From Candidatus Saganbacteria bacterium (GTDB lineage: Bacteria; Margulisbacteria; WOR-1; JAKLHX01), in contig JAPLKZ010000004.1 in assembly GCA_026387835.1 (NCBI GenBank), positions 41,928 through 73,927 of the forward strand: a DNA stretch of 32,000 nucleotides, in the 5' to 3' direction. How positions within the stretch are numbered: position 1 is the stretch's first letter; each line of letters opens with the position of its first letter. Under the pieces are notes generated by a model. That model was not told the DNA's origin, searched no databases, and saw only the letters and a list, made by a program, of their open reading frames with translations. Below are positions 1 through 8,161 of this stretch, one piece after another. A program made the position numbers and the translations under genes.

Positions 1-171
1 GCGCAGGCCATCTTGTATCATGACGGGCAATTCATTGAAGCAAATCACGAAGTCGCACACAAAGAAGAGCCATTGACCCTTCTTTTGCAATTTGCTGATA
101 GTTGGACTGCGCATATTTACGAGGATGGTCGGATGATATCAGAAGATAAGAACTACTATAAAAGAAAATAA
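1..171 (+). CDS. HD-domain hydrolase family protein, C-terminal fragment (5' end outside window)
   Basis: Frame 1 is open from base 1 to TAA at 169-171: AQAILYHDGQFIEANHEVAHKEEPLTLLLQFADSWTAHIYEDGRMISEDKNYYKRK*. The HxEEPLTLLLQFADxW pattern resembles the C-terminus of HD hydrolases. Confidence 0.55.
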   Translation, partial: AQAILYHDGQFIEANHEVAHKEEPLTLLLQFADSWTAHIYEDGRMISEDKNYYKRK

Positions 172-212
172 TCAGGTTTCCCGCCAAGACTAACTATTAA
201 ATCGGTGAGCAA

Positions 213-326
213 ATGTCTACATCTGAGCTCATCTTTGGTTGGGTAATCGTGATAATAGGTTATGTGGTCACTCCCCTGTTGGTCGCAGTTGTAGTGTTTT
301 GGCTTTCGTTGAAGTCTGGAAAATAA
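213..326 (+). CDS. possible small hydrophobic membrane peptide (37 aa)
   Basis: ATG at 213 after GGTGAG: MSTSELIFGWVIVIIGYVVTPLLVAVVVFWLSLKSGK*. One strongly hydrophobic helix; too short for the supplied ORF track. Confidence 0.35.
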   Translation: MSTSELIFGWVIVIIGYVVTPLLVAVVVFWLSLKSGK

Positions 327-329
327 CAT

Positions 330-410
330 TTCCACACCACTCTCCGCGATGGCGAGCAGGCGCCGGGTTTCAGCCTTAACACCGAGGAAAAGCTGGAGAT
401 AGCAAAACAG
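330..410 (+). pseudogene. truncated fragment of 2-isopropylmalate synthase 5' end
   Basis: Translates as [27 protein letters not shown]. Matches 1064-1144 of intact leuA at 72/81 nt by hand alignment, then runs into IH*. Confidence 0.85.
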
Positions 411-485
411 ATCCATTAGTTTTGGCTTATGATATAATAAACTTCAATAGATCCCCAATTCTAAGTATTAAAATAAGGAGACGTT

Positions 486-722
486 ATGAATCCAAAAACA
501 ATGATAAAAGAGATCATAAACGGAGTAAAAACGCTTCCCGAAAGGCAGATGAGATCGGTGGTTGATTTCATTACATATATACGTGAAAAGGAAACAGAAG
601 AAAACATTTTGAACTCAAAGACTATAATCAATGCTGTAAAAAGATCAAAAAAAGCCTGGGATAATGGGAAAACCGCTGATTTTACTTCTTGGGAACAAAT
701 AAAGAAAAAGAACAATATCTGA
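486..722 (+). CDS. DUF2281-like antitoxin of a type II toxin-antitoxin pair
   Basis: 78 aa; SD AAGGAG at 475-480; N-terminal TLPERQMRSVVDFITYIREKE helix followed by an acidic/linker tail; stop overlaps the downstream toxin start (TGATG). Confidence 0.7.
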   Translation: MNPKTMIKEIINGVKTLPERQMRSVVDFITYIREKETEENILNSKTIINAVKRSKKAWDNGKTADFTSWEQIKKKNNI

Positions 723-973
723 TGTTCAGGATCTTATTCCATAAGACCGCGGAAAAGAAATTCTCTAGACTGGATAAGCCGACGCAGAACCGCATTGCAA
801 AAGCGATAGATGCGATCTCGATAAATCCTAAACTCGGTACTGCCTTGCACGGCGCTCTTAAGGGAAGTTATCGTATCAGAATAGGCGATTTCCGGGTGAT
901 CTACGAAATAATCGAGAAGGAACAGATTGTTCTTGTCCATGCCATCGGCAGCCGCGGCGACATCTATAAATAG
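722..973 (+). CDS. RelE/ParE-family toxin (mRNA-interferase-like)
   Basis: Start at ATG 722 (M12 of the supplied ORF): MFRILFHKTAEKKFSRLDKPTQNRI...LHGALKGSYRIRIGDFRVIYEI...VHAIGSRGDIYK. Characteristic RIRIGDFRVIYEI and H-R-x-x-IY motifs. Confidence 0.88.
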   Translation: MFRILFHKTAEKKFSRLDKPTQNRIAKAIDAISINPKLGTALHGALKGSYRIRIGDFRVIYEIIEKEQIVLVHAIGSRGDIYK

Positions 974-1042
974 TTATATTCCTCTGCCGCAATACTCGCG
1001 TTTTAGCTATGTTATAATATTTTTCATAAAGAGGTAGCAATA

Positions 1043-2551
1043 ATGACCAAGAAAATATTAATATTCGATACCACCCTCCGCGATGGCGAACAGGCGCCGG
1101 GGTGCAGCCTGAACACCGAGGAAAAACTTGAGATAGCAAAACAGCTTGCGAAGCTGAACGTGGATGCGATAGAAGCCGGCTTTGCGATATCATCCCCCGG
1201 CGATTTTGAGGCCGTGGCGGCAATTGCAAAGAACATCAAGGGACCGGTTATCGCTTCCCTTGCGCGCGCGAAGAAAGAAGACATAAAAGCGGCGTATGAC
1301 GCTATAAAAGCGGCAAAAAGACACCGCATACATATATTTTTGGCGACATCGCCGATCCACATGGAGAAAAAGCTGCGCATGAGCCCCGAAGAAGTGCTTG
1401 CCACAAGCGCGTCCATGGTGAAGTACGCAAGGACGCTTTGCGATGACGTGGAGTTCTCCTGCGAGGACGCAGGAAGATCAGAGCCCGCTTTTCTTTATAA
1501 GGTGATAGAAGCTGTGATCGACGCGGGCGCTTCGACGATAAACCTGCCCGATACCGTCGGCTATAAGATCCCGGCCGAATTCGGGAAGATGTTCGCTGAG
1601 GTGAGAAAGAACGTGCCAAACATAGATAAGATCATCCTGAGTACGCACTGCCATAACGACCTCGGACTTGCTGTCGCCAATTCAATAGCAGCAATCGAGA
1701 ATGGCGTCACTCAGATAGAATGCACGATCAACGGCCTGGGAGAGCGCGCTGGTAATGCCTCTCTTGAAGAAGTAGTGATGGCTATCAAGACGAGGAAAGA
1801 CTTTCTTGATGCCGAAACTTCTATAAACACAAAGGAAATATACAGGACAAGCCGCCTTGTGAGCAACCTGACGGGCATGATAGTCCAGGCCAACAAAGCC
1901 GTTGTCGGAGCGAACGCTTTCGCGCACGAAGCGGGCATCCACCAGGCAGGCGTCATGCGCGCGAGGGAGACATACGAGATAATGGATCCCGCTGAGCTCG
2001 GTATCGGCGAAAGCAAGCTGGTGCTCGGCAAGCATTCAGGCAGGAACGCTTTCATAAAAAAACTGAAGGAGCTGGGCTTTGACCTGAAGGATGAAGAAAC
2101 AGAAAAAGCTTTTAATGCGTTCAAGGTCCTATCTGACAAGAAAAAAGAGATATCCGACAAGGACATAGAATCTCTCATAAGCGACGAGATCTATGTGACG
2201 CCGGAAACATACAAGCTTGAGTTCCTGAAGGTATCTTCGGGGACAAAGCTGAAGCCTACTGCAGAGGTCTCTCTAATGTATAAGGGAAAAGCCTGCAAGG
2301 TCAAAGGTTTCGGCGACGGACCTGTGGATGCCGTATATAAGGTAATAGATAAAATAGTAAAAAGGCCCGTCAAGCTGGTGGATTATATAATCCAGGCTAT
2401 CACCGGAGGCACTGACGCCATGGGCGAGGTCATGGTGAGGATAAAAGAGAAAGAGCAGATATTTTCAGGCCACGGCTCCGATACTGACATCATAATCGCA
2501 AGCGCGAAAGCCTATATTAACGCTATCAACAAGATGGTGAACGAAAAATAA
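1043..2551 (+). CDS. leuA: 2-isopropylmalate synthase
   Basis: 502 aa; [58 protein letters not shown] and GKHSGRNAF motifs, plus a C-terminal LeuA dimer/regulatory region. Confidence 0.96.
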   Translation: MTKKILIFDTTLRDGEQAPGCSLNTEEKLEIAKQLAKLNVDAIEAGFAISSPGDFEAVAAIAKNIKGPVIASLARAKKEDIKAAYDAIKAAKRHRIHIFLATSPIHMEKKLRMSPEEVLATSASMVKYARTLCDDVEFSCEDAGRSEPAFLYKVIEAVIDAGASTINLPDTVGYKIPAEFGKMFAEVRKNVPNIDKIILSTHCHNDLGLAVANSIAAIENGVTQIECTINGLGERAGNASLEEVVMAIKTRKDFLDAETSINTKEIYRTSRLVSNLTGMIVQANKAVVGANAFAHEAGIHQAGVMRARETYEIMDPAELGIGESKLVLGKHSGRNAFIKKLKELGFDLKDEETEKAFNAFKVLSDKKKEISDKDIESLISDEIYVTPETYKLEFLKVSSGTKLKPTAEVSLMYKGKACKVKGFGDGPVDAVYKVIDKIVKRPVKLVDYIIQAITGGTDAMGEVMVRIKEKEQIFSGHGSDTDIIIASAKAYINAINKMVNEK

Positions 2552-2785
2552 TTATTGATCCACTGTGATGCAGGTCAGCGTCCTTGATACATACCCCGTT
2601 GACTGGATGTTCTTAATAAGTACGTCACCAAGCTGCTTCAGGTCAGGCACTTCGACAAAAGCTATCACGTCATAAGGCCCTGTTACAAAATGCACCTGTT
2701 TTATGACGGGAAGGTGCGCTATCGCCTTTGAAAGCTCCTGTCCTTTTCCCGGATGGCATTCGATCAATATATAGGCTTGTGTCAT
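2552..2785 (-). CDS. stand-alone Lrp/AsnC ligand-binding (RAM) domain protein
   Basis: 77 aa: MTQAYILIECHPGKGQELSKAIAHLPVIKQVHFVTGPYDVIAFVEVPDLKQLGDVLIKNIQSTGYVSRTLTCIT. Matches the AsnC C-terminal domain with no HTH; SD AAAAGGAG upstream. Confidence 0.85.
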   Translation of the reverse strand: MTQAYILIECHPGKGQELSKAIAHLPVIKQVHFVTGPYDVIAFVEVPDLKQLGDVLIKNIQSTGYVSRTLTCITVDQ

Positions 2786-2881
2786 GTTTGTTATACTCCT
2801 TTTCGAAATATTATAACATACAGCCGTAAATTGTTTGCAAACACCGCTCTTTGATGTTATTATTTCTCTTGAGAAAATATC

Positions 2882-3481
2882 ATGTGGGCAAAACTAAGCA
2901 GCTTGTTCTTCAGAGGGGTAATAATATTACTCCCGTTATTCATCACGATATGGCTTTTGTGGTTCATGTTCTCGTTCATGGACGGCATCCTGGGTGGCAT
3001 TCTTTCCTTGATATTCGGACATCCGATGCCGGGACTCGGTTTTATTATAACGATCTCCCTGATACTGTTCACCGGGTATCTTGCAAATTACCTTATCGGC
3101 GAAAGATTCTTTCACTTTATCGATAATCTGCTCATAAAAGTGCCGATAGTAAAGACGATCTACTCTTCTGCCAAGCAGGTCAATGACGCGCTTTTCCAGA
3201 CAGGGGCTTCAAAGGGATTTACAAAAGCATGCCTCATTGAATATCCGAGGACCGGCGTCTATTCAATAGGTTTTCTGACAAGCAGGACATCAAAGGAAAT
3301 ATCCAAAAAGACAGGCCACGATGACCTTGTCAACGTTTTTATCCCGAACACCCCTACCCCTGCAACGGGATTCCTGGTCCTTGTACCGCAGAAGGACGTC
3401 ATCATGCTTGATATCAAGACCGAGGATGCGGTAAAGATGATCGTATCCGCGGGCGTGCTCCAGCCAAAAGAAAGAAAATAA
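2882..3481 (+). CDS. DUF502 family membrane protein
   Basis: 199 aa; GVIILLPLFITIWLLWFMF...PMPGLGFIITISLILFTGYLANYLIG...PIVKTIYSSAKQVNDAL...YPRTGVYSIGFLTS pattern. Confidence 0.85.
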   Translation: MWAKLSSLFFRGVIILLPLFITIWLLWFMFSFMDGILGGILSLIFGHPMPGLGFIITISLILFTGYLANYLIGERFFHFIDNLLIKVPIVKTIYSSAKQVNDALFQTGASKGFTKACLIEYPRTGVYSIGFLTSRTSKEISKKTGHDDLVNVFIPNTPTPATGFLVLVPQKDVIMLDIKTEDAVKMIVSAGVLQPKERK

Positions 3482-3482
3482 A

Positions 3483-4673
3483 ATGGAATTTTCTCATCTT
3501 CTTCTGACACTGATCGTCATCCTTATCACAGCAAAGCTTTTCGGCGAGCTCGCACAGAGGCTGGGACAAAGCCCTGTGATCGGCGAGCTTATCGGCGGCG
3601 TGATAATAGGCGGAAGCGTGCTGGGGCTTGTGCATGATTCTCAGATGATCCAGGTCTTTGCAGAGATCGGCGCGATACTGCTCTTGTTCGAGATCGGCAT
3701 CCAGACTAACCTTTATGACTTTTTAAAGGTAGGCGGCTGGGCTTTTGTCGTTGCCTGCGTGGGTGTCTTTTTTCCCTTTCTCTTCGGTTATTATATAAGT
3801 ACGTTCTTCGGCCTTGACATGGTCCATTCGATATTCATTGGAGCCATCCTCACAGCTACATCAGTAGGTATTACAGCCAGGGTCTTTTCAGACCTCCATG
3901 CGCTTGCGTCCAAAGAAGCAAGGATCGTCCTCGGCGCCGCTGTGATCGACGATGTTATCGGCCTTGCGATACTCGCTGTCGTCACGAGACTGGTCCTGAA
4001 CGGGAATGTTTCTTTTTCGTCGGTAGCAAATATTACTATGATCGCGGTGGTATTCCTCTCTGTCTCGCTCATAGCCGGCGTCCTGATCATGCCGTTACTT
4101 TTCGGACTTTTAAGAAAGATGCGTGTAAGGGGAATATTATTTGTTAGCGCGTTCTGTTTCTGCCTTTTGCTTGCGTATGTCGCCTCCGCCGACATGCACC
4201 TTCCTTATATAGGCTATTTCAAGGTCGGGCTGGCGCCTATTGTCGGCGCTTTCATCGCGGGCCTGATACTTTCGATCACAAGAGAAAGGGTCTTCATCGA
4301 GGAACAGATAAAACCTCTTGCGGATATTTTCGTGCCGGTGTTTTTCGTCCTTATGGGAGCTCTTGTTGATATAAAAGTCTTCAATCCGTATGTCCCCTCC
4401 AATGCGATGATACTCCAGATAGCCCTGTGGCTGTTCATTGCCGCTGTGATCGGAAAGGTGATTGCAGGATTTTCCGTGCTTGACCGTACATCCAACAAGC
4501 TTCTCATCGGGGTCGGGATGATCCCGAGAGGCGAAGTCGGCCTTATCTTTGCGAGCATGGGGCTTACAAAGCATATAATCACCCAGCCCATCTATTCCGC
4601 CGCGGTCGTAGTGATAATGGCGACGACCTTCGTGACGCCGTTCCTTTTAAAGCTGCTGTTAAAAAAGAAATGA
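3483..4673 (+). CDS. monovalent cation:proton antiporter, CPA2/Kef type
   Basis: 396 aa, about 12 hydrophobic segments; LGQSPVIGELIGGVIIGGSVLGL, TATSVGITARVFSDL, AAVIDDVIGLAILAV and GMIPRGEVGLIFASMGL. Confidence 0.92.
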   Translation: MEFSHLLLTLIVILITAKLFGELAQRLGQSPVIGELIGGVIIGGSVLGLVHDSQMIQVFAEIGAILLLFEIGIQTNLYDFLKVGGWAFVVACVGVFFPFLFGYYISTFFGLDMVHSIFIGAILTATSVGITARVFSDLHALASKEARIVLGAAVIDDVIGLAILAVVTRLVLNGNVSFSSVANITMIAVVFLSVSLIAGVLIMPLLFGLLRKMRVRGILFVSAFCFCLLLAYVASADMHLPYIGYFKVGLAPIVGAFIAGLILSITRERVFIEEQIKPLADIFVPVFFVLMGALVDIKVFNPYVPSNAMILQIALWLFIAAVIGKVIAGFSVLDRTSNKLLIGVGMIPRGEVGLIFASMGLTKHIITQPIYSAAVVVIMATTFVTPFLLKLLLKKK

Positions 4674-4903
4674 AACCGAATATCCTGATCAGGACATTGC
4701 TTGTCAACGCGGCTTTCAATCTCATCCTTATGATCGCCGGGATCGGACTTGTCTATTACGGCGCTAAAGCAAAAGCAAACAATCTGATGATAGCGGGCTT
4801 CATCCTGGTCGCATTCTCTTATTTAAGGAACAGGGTACTGAGCAGGACTTACAGCCTGCCGAACCTGAAGCGGATACAAAAAGAGAGACAAAAAGGTCTT
4901 TAG
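4670..4903 (+). CDS. small membrane protein of unknown function, possible ATP synthase/antiporter-associated type
   Basis: 77 aa with two hydrophobic helices; overlaps the antiporter gene by 4 nt (ATGA). Confidence 0.7.
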   Translation: MKPNILIRTLLVNAAFNLILMIAGIGLVYYGAKAKANNLMIAGFILVAFSYLRNRVLSRTYSLPNLKRIQKERQKGL

Positions 4904-5970
4904 AATTTAGAGCCTTTGCTCCACTTAATGTTTATGGCATTTCCGCAATTAAGGCATTTATTTTCTGCATCTATCTCGTATGAGACGATATTGTAGCCTT
5001 CCCTCTCTATTACCACGGAATGGCACTTTGGACAGTAAGTGTTATCGTATTCATGGTTCGACACGTTCCCGAGATATACATACTGAAGGCCTTCCTTGAG
5101 CCCTATCGAGCGCGCTTTTTCAAGCGTCTCTATGGGTGTCGGCATGACAGAGCTGAACTCCAGGTACGGGAAGAACCTTGTCACGTGCCACGGGGTATCC
5201 GGCCCGAGCTCTTTGCTTATCCACGAAGCGATCCCGTTGAGCTGGGCATCGTCATCGTTCATGCCCGGTATGATATTCGTCACTATCTCCACATGCATCT
5301 TGTGCTTGTTCTTTGCAAGCGAGGCTGACGTGAGTATGGGTTTCATGTCTGGGACCTTTGCCACATCCCGGTAAAAATCATTATTGAACGCTTTTACATC
5401 CACCCTGAACGCATCGAGGTACGGCGCTATCATCTCGAGCGGTTCCGGATTTATATACCCGTTCGTCACGTATACTGTGTAAAGCCCTTTCTGTTTTGCG
5501 AGCTTCGCGCTATCAAGAGTGTATTCGAACCAGACGGTCGGTTCATTGTATGTCCAGGCTATCCCGTCGCAGTCGTTCTTGAGCGCGAGTTCAACGGACT
5601 GCTCGGGCGTTATTATCTCTGTGGAGCGTTCTTTTGCGACCTCGTATATCTTGCTGCCGTCAAAGCTTTCCGCGAGTATCACGTGCGATATCTCCCAGTT
5701 CTGGCAGTGGCTGCAGTGCATGTTACAGCCCAGTGTCCCCATGGAGAACACCAGGGTTGAAGGGTTGAAATTATAAAGCGGCTTTTTTTCTATAGGATCG
5801 ACGGCTTTTGAAGAGACCTTGTTGTATACCATCGACTCGAGTACGGCGTTCCTGTTCACCCTGACCCCGCAGAACCCGGCTTTGCCGTCGGGGATGACGC
5901 AAAAATGGGGGCACAGGTCGCACCTGATATAGCCGTCCTTTAATTTTTTGTAGAAAAGCGCTTCTTTCAT
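4900..5970 (-). CDS. amrS: AmmeMemoRadiSam-system radical SAM enzyme (PflA-like)
   Basis: 356 aa; CDLCPHFCVIPDGKAGFCGVR, GTLGCNMHCSHCQNWEIS (CxxxCxxC), GIAWTYNEPTVWFEY, WHVTRFFPYL, C-terminal CPKC...CLNCG. Confidence 0.88.
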   Translation of the reverse strand: MKEALFYKKLKDGYIRCDLCPHFCVIPDGKAGFCGVRVNRNAVLESMVYNKVSSKAVDPIEKKPLYNFNPSTLVFSMGTLGCNMHCSHCQNWEISHVILAESFDGSKIYEVAKERSTEIITPEQSVELALKNDCDGIAWTYNEPTVWFEYTLDSAKLAKQKGLYTVYVTNGYINPEPLEMIAPYLDAFRVDVKAFNNDFYRDVAKVPDMKPILTSASLAKNKHKMHVEIVTNIIPGMNDDDAQLNGIASWISKELGPDTPWHVTRFFPYLEFSSVMPTPIETLEKARSIGLKEGLQYVYLGNVSNHEYDNTYCPKCHSVVIEREGYNIVSYEIDAENKCLNCGNAINIKWSKGSKF

Positions 5971-5987
5971 TAAGAAGATTTTAGCAT

Positions 5988-6713
5988 TTATTTCACTGTT
6001 TTTACAAAAAATGCGCCGGACAGCACATCTGCCAGATGACGGAAAGCGAGGTCTTTTACTGCCAGAGAAGCAAGATCTGTCGAAGAAGCCCTGTATCCTT
6101 CTATACTGAACTTTTTCTTTAACAGATCAGCCGTATTGTCCGGAATGCCGTTTACCGCGACAGTCCCCTGCTGAATGAGCCTGTCCCTGCCCCTTTTCTG
6201 CGCGCTGCCTACCAGCTTGCGTCCGCCTACCGTGATCTCGTACTCAAGAGGGTCCAGAAAGCAGATGTTTGAACCCTTTTGTCTGTTCTTTAAAGAGGTT
6301 TTCTTTATCTCCGCTTTTATCCCCAGCGTAAAAAGGGCTTTAGCTATTATATTTGATATATACATATATGATGCCATGAGCCCCTTCGGAAGAGCTTCTA
6401 AAGGAGCGACAACGGTATATGAGATGTCATCCTTGGAATGGAAAGCTATTCCTCCGCCTGTCGGCCTTTTTGCAATATCGACCCCTTTTTCTTTTGCTTT
6501 ATCAGTATCTATCTCTTTGTCAATATCCAGGAAATAGCCGACGGTTATCGACGGGCTTTTCCAGCCAAATATACGGAGTGTCGGGGAAATGCTGTTCTTA
6601 TACAGATCTGCATCGATATCCATATTCTCCTGTGCAGTACGCTTTTCATCAATAATGACGTTCCATTGGGGATCATATTTTGTAATGTCTTCAGATAAAG
6701 ATTGTCTGTCCAT
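5988..6713 (-). CDS. lipoate--protein ligase family protein
   Basis: 241 aa; RPTGGGIAFHSKDDISYTVV and VGSAQKRGRDRLIQQGTV motifs; start overlaps the gcvPB stop. Confidence 0.85.
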   Translation of the reverse strand: MDRQSLSEDITKYDPQWNVIIDEKRTAQENMDIDADLYKNSISPTLRIFGWKSPSITVGYFLDIDKEIDTDKAKEKGVDIAKRPTGGGIAFHSKDDISYTVVAPLEALPKGLMASYMYISNIIAKALFTLGIKAEIKKTSLKNRQKGSNICFLDPLEYEITVGGRKLVGSAQKRGRDRLIQQGTVAVNGIPDNTADLLKKKFSIEGYRASSTDLASLAVKDLAFRHLADVLSGAFFVKTVK

Positions 6714-8161
6714 CAGCCTTTATAGCGGACGTTGAGGTCTTTTACTGCTTTTACTTCATCGAGCCTGCCGACCACTGTCGAGTGCGGAGCGCTTTTTACT
6801 AGCTCAGGGTCATTCTCGCATTCCTTCGCGATCGAGATCATCGCATCGATGAATTTATCAAGCGTCTCTTTGCTTTCCGTCTCTGTCGGCTCGATCATCA
6901 TTGCTTCTTCCACAATAAGGGGAAAATAGATCGTCGGCGGATGGAACCCGTAGTCTATCAGCCTTTTTGCGATGTCCAGGGCTTTTATACCGTGTTTTTC
7001 CTTCTGCCATTTCGCCGAGATGACGAATTCGTGCTGGCAGGTCCTTTCATATGGCAGGAAATAATATTTTTTCAGTGCGTTCATTATATAGTTCGCGTTT
7101 AGGACAGCGTTCTCCGAGACCGCCTTTAATCCTTCGCCCCCGAGCGAGCGGATGTACGCGTATGCCTTGATGATGACCCCAACGTTGCCGTAAAAAGCTG
7201 ACACTTTACCTATGGACGGATCAAAACCTTTTTCTTTGATGATGAATTTATCTTTATCCTTCATTATCCTCGGGACCGGAAGGAACGGTTCGAGTTCCTT
7301 CGTGACGCCGACCGGACCTGAACCCGGGCCTCCGCCGCCATGCGGCGTTGAAAATGTCTTGTGAAGATTTATATGCGCCATATCGAATCCCAAAGATGTC
7401 GGTTTCACTTTGCCAAGTATTGCGTTCGCATTAGCGCCGTCCATGTAGAACAATGCGCCCGCTTTGTGGACGATATCCGCTATCTCGAGTATATTCCTGT
7501 CAAAAAGCCCGAGCGTGTTCGGGTTCGTCAGCATCATCAGCGCGGTATCCGGGCCCGCAAGTCTTTTTAGTTCTGTGATATCCACACCGCCGTTCTTATC
7601 AGACTTTACGCTCACTACCTCAAATCCCGCCAGCCCCGCGCTCGAAGGGTTCGTGCCGTGCGCTGAATCGGGGATAAGGACTTTATTTCTCCGGAGCTGT
7701 CCTTTTTTCCTGAAATACTTTTTTGCCATGAGGACCGCTGTCAGCTCTCCGTGTGCCCCGGCAGCCGGAGCAAGGGTGAAAGCGTCAAAGCCGAATATGG
7801 AACACATGTATTTTTCGAAATTATAAAGGAGCTCCAGCGTGCCCTGCACTCTGCTTTCATCTTCAAGAGGATGAATATCCGAGAAACCTTCGAGGCTGGC
7901 CACTTCTTCATTTATCTTAGGGTTGTATTTCATCGTACAGGAGCCAAGGGGATAAAAACCCGTGTCCACTCCGAAGTTCCTCCTTGAAAGGTTCGTGAAA
8001 TGCCTGACAAGGTCGACTTCGCTTATTTCAGGGAGCAAGGGCGGTTTTTCCCGGAGGAACTTTTGCGGTATGCTCTGAGAGGCTTTATCTGATATTTCCG
8101 GCAGCAGATCCGACGATCTTCCTCCGGAACTTAGCTCGAATATCAACGGTTCGTTTTGCAT
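6713..8161 (-). CDS. gcvPB: aminomethyl-transferring glycine dehydrogenase subunit 2
   Basis: 482 aa; SRRNFGVDTGFYPLGSCTMKYNPKINE, LIPDSAHGTNPSSAGLAGF, INLHKTFSTPHGGGGPGSGPVGV (PLP lysine region). Confidence 0.96.
   Translation of the reverse strand: MQNEPLIFELSSGGRSSDLLPEISDKASQSIPQKFLREKPPLLPEISEVDLVRHFTNLSRRNFGVDTGFYPLGSCTMKYNPKINEEVASLEGFSDIHPLEDESRVQGTLELLYNFEKYMCSIFGFDAFTLAPAAGAHGELTAVLMAKKYFRKKGQLRRNKVLIPDSAHGTNPSSAGLAGFEVVSVKSDKNGGVDITELKRLAGPDTALMMLTNPNTLGLFDRNILEIADIVHKAGALFYMDGANANAILGKVKPTSLGFDMAHINLHKTFSTPHGGGGPGSGPVGVTKELEPFLPVPRIMKDKDKFIIKEKGFDPSIGKVSAFYGNVGVIIKAYAYIRSLGGEGLKAVSENAVLNANYIMNALKKYYFLPYERTCQHEFVISAKWQKEKHGIKALDIAKRLIDYGFHPPTIYFPLIVEEAMMIEPTETESKETLDKFIDAMISIAKECENDPELVKSAPHSTVVGRLDEVKAVKDLNVRYKG

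Noticed and set aside
156-416. 86-aa minus-strand ORF
   Set aside because: Overlaps the HD gene end, the small membrane ORF and the leuA fragment on the opposite strand; no plausible SD or domain.
689-721. Upstream start of the RelE-like toxin (MGTNKEKEQYL)
   Set aside because: Overlaps the antitoxin coding region; ATG at 722 gives the typical TGATG coupling and the conserved toxin N-terminus.
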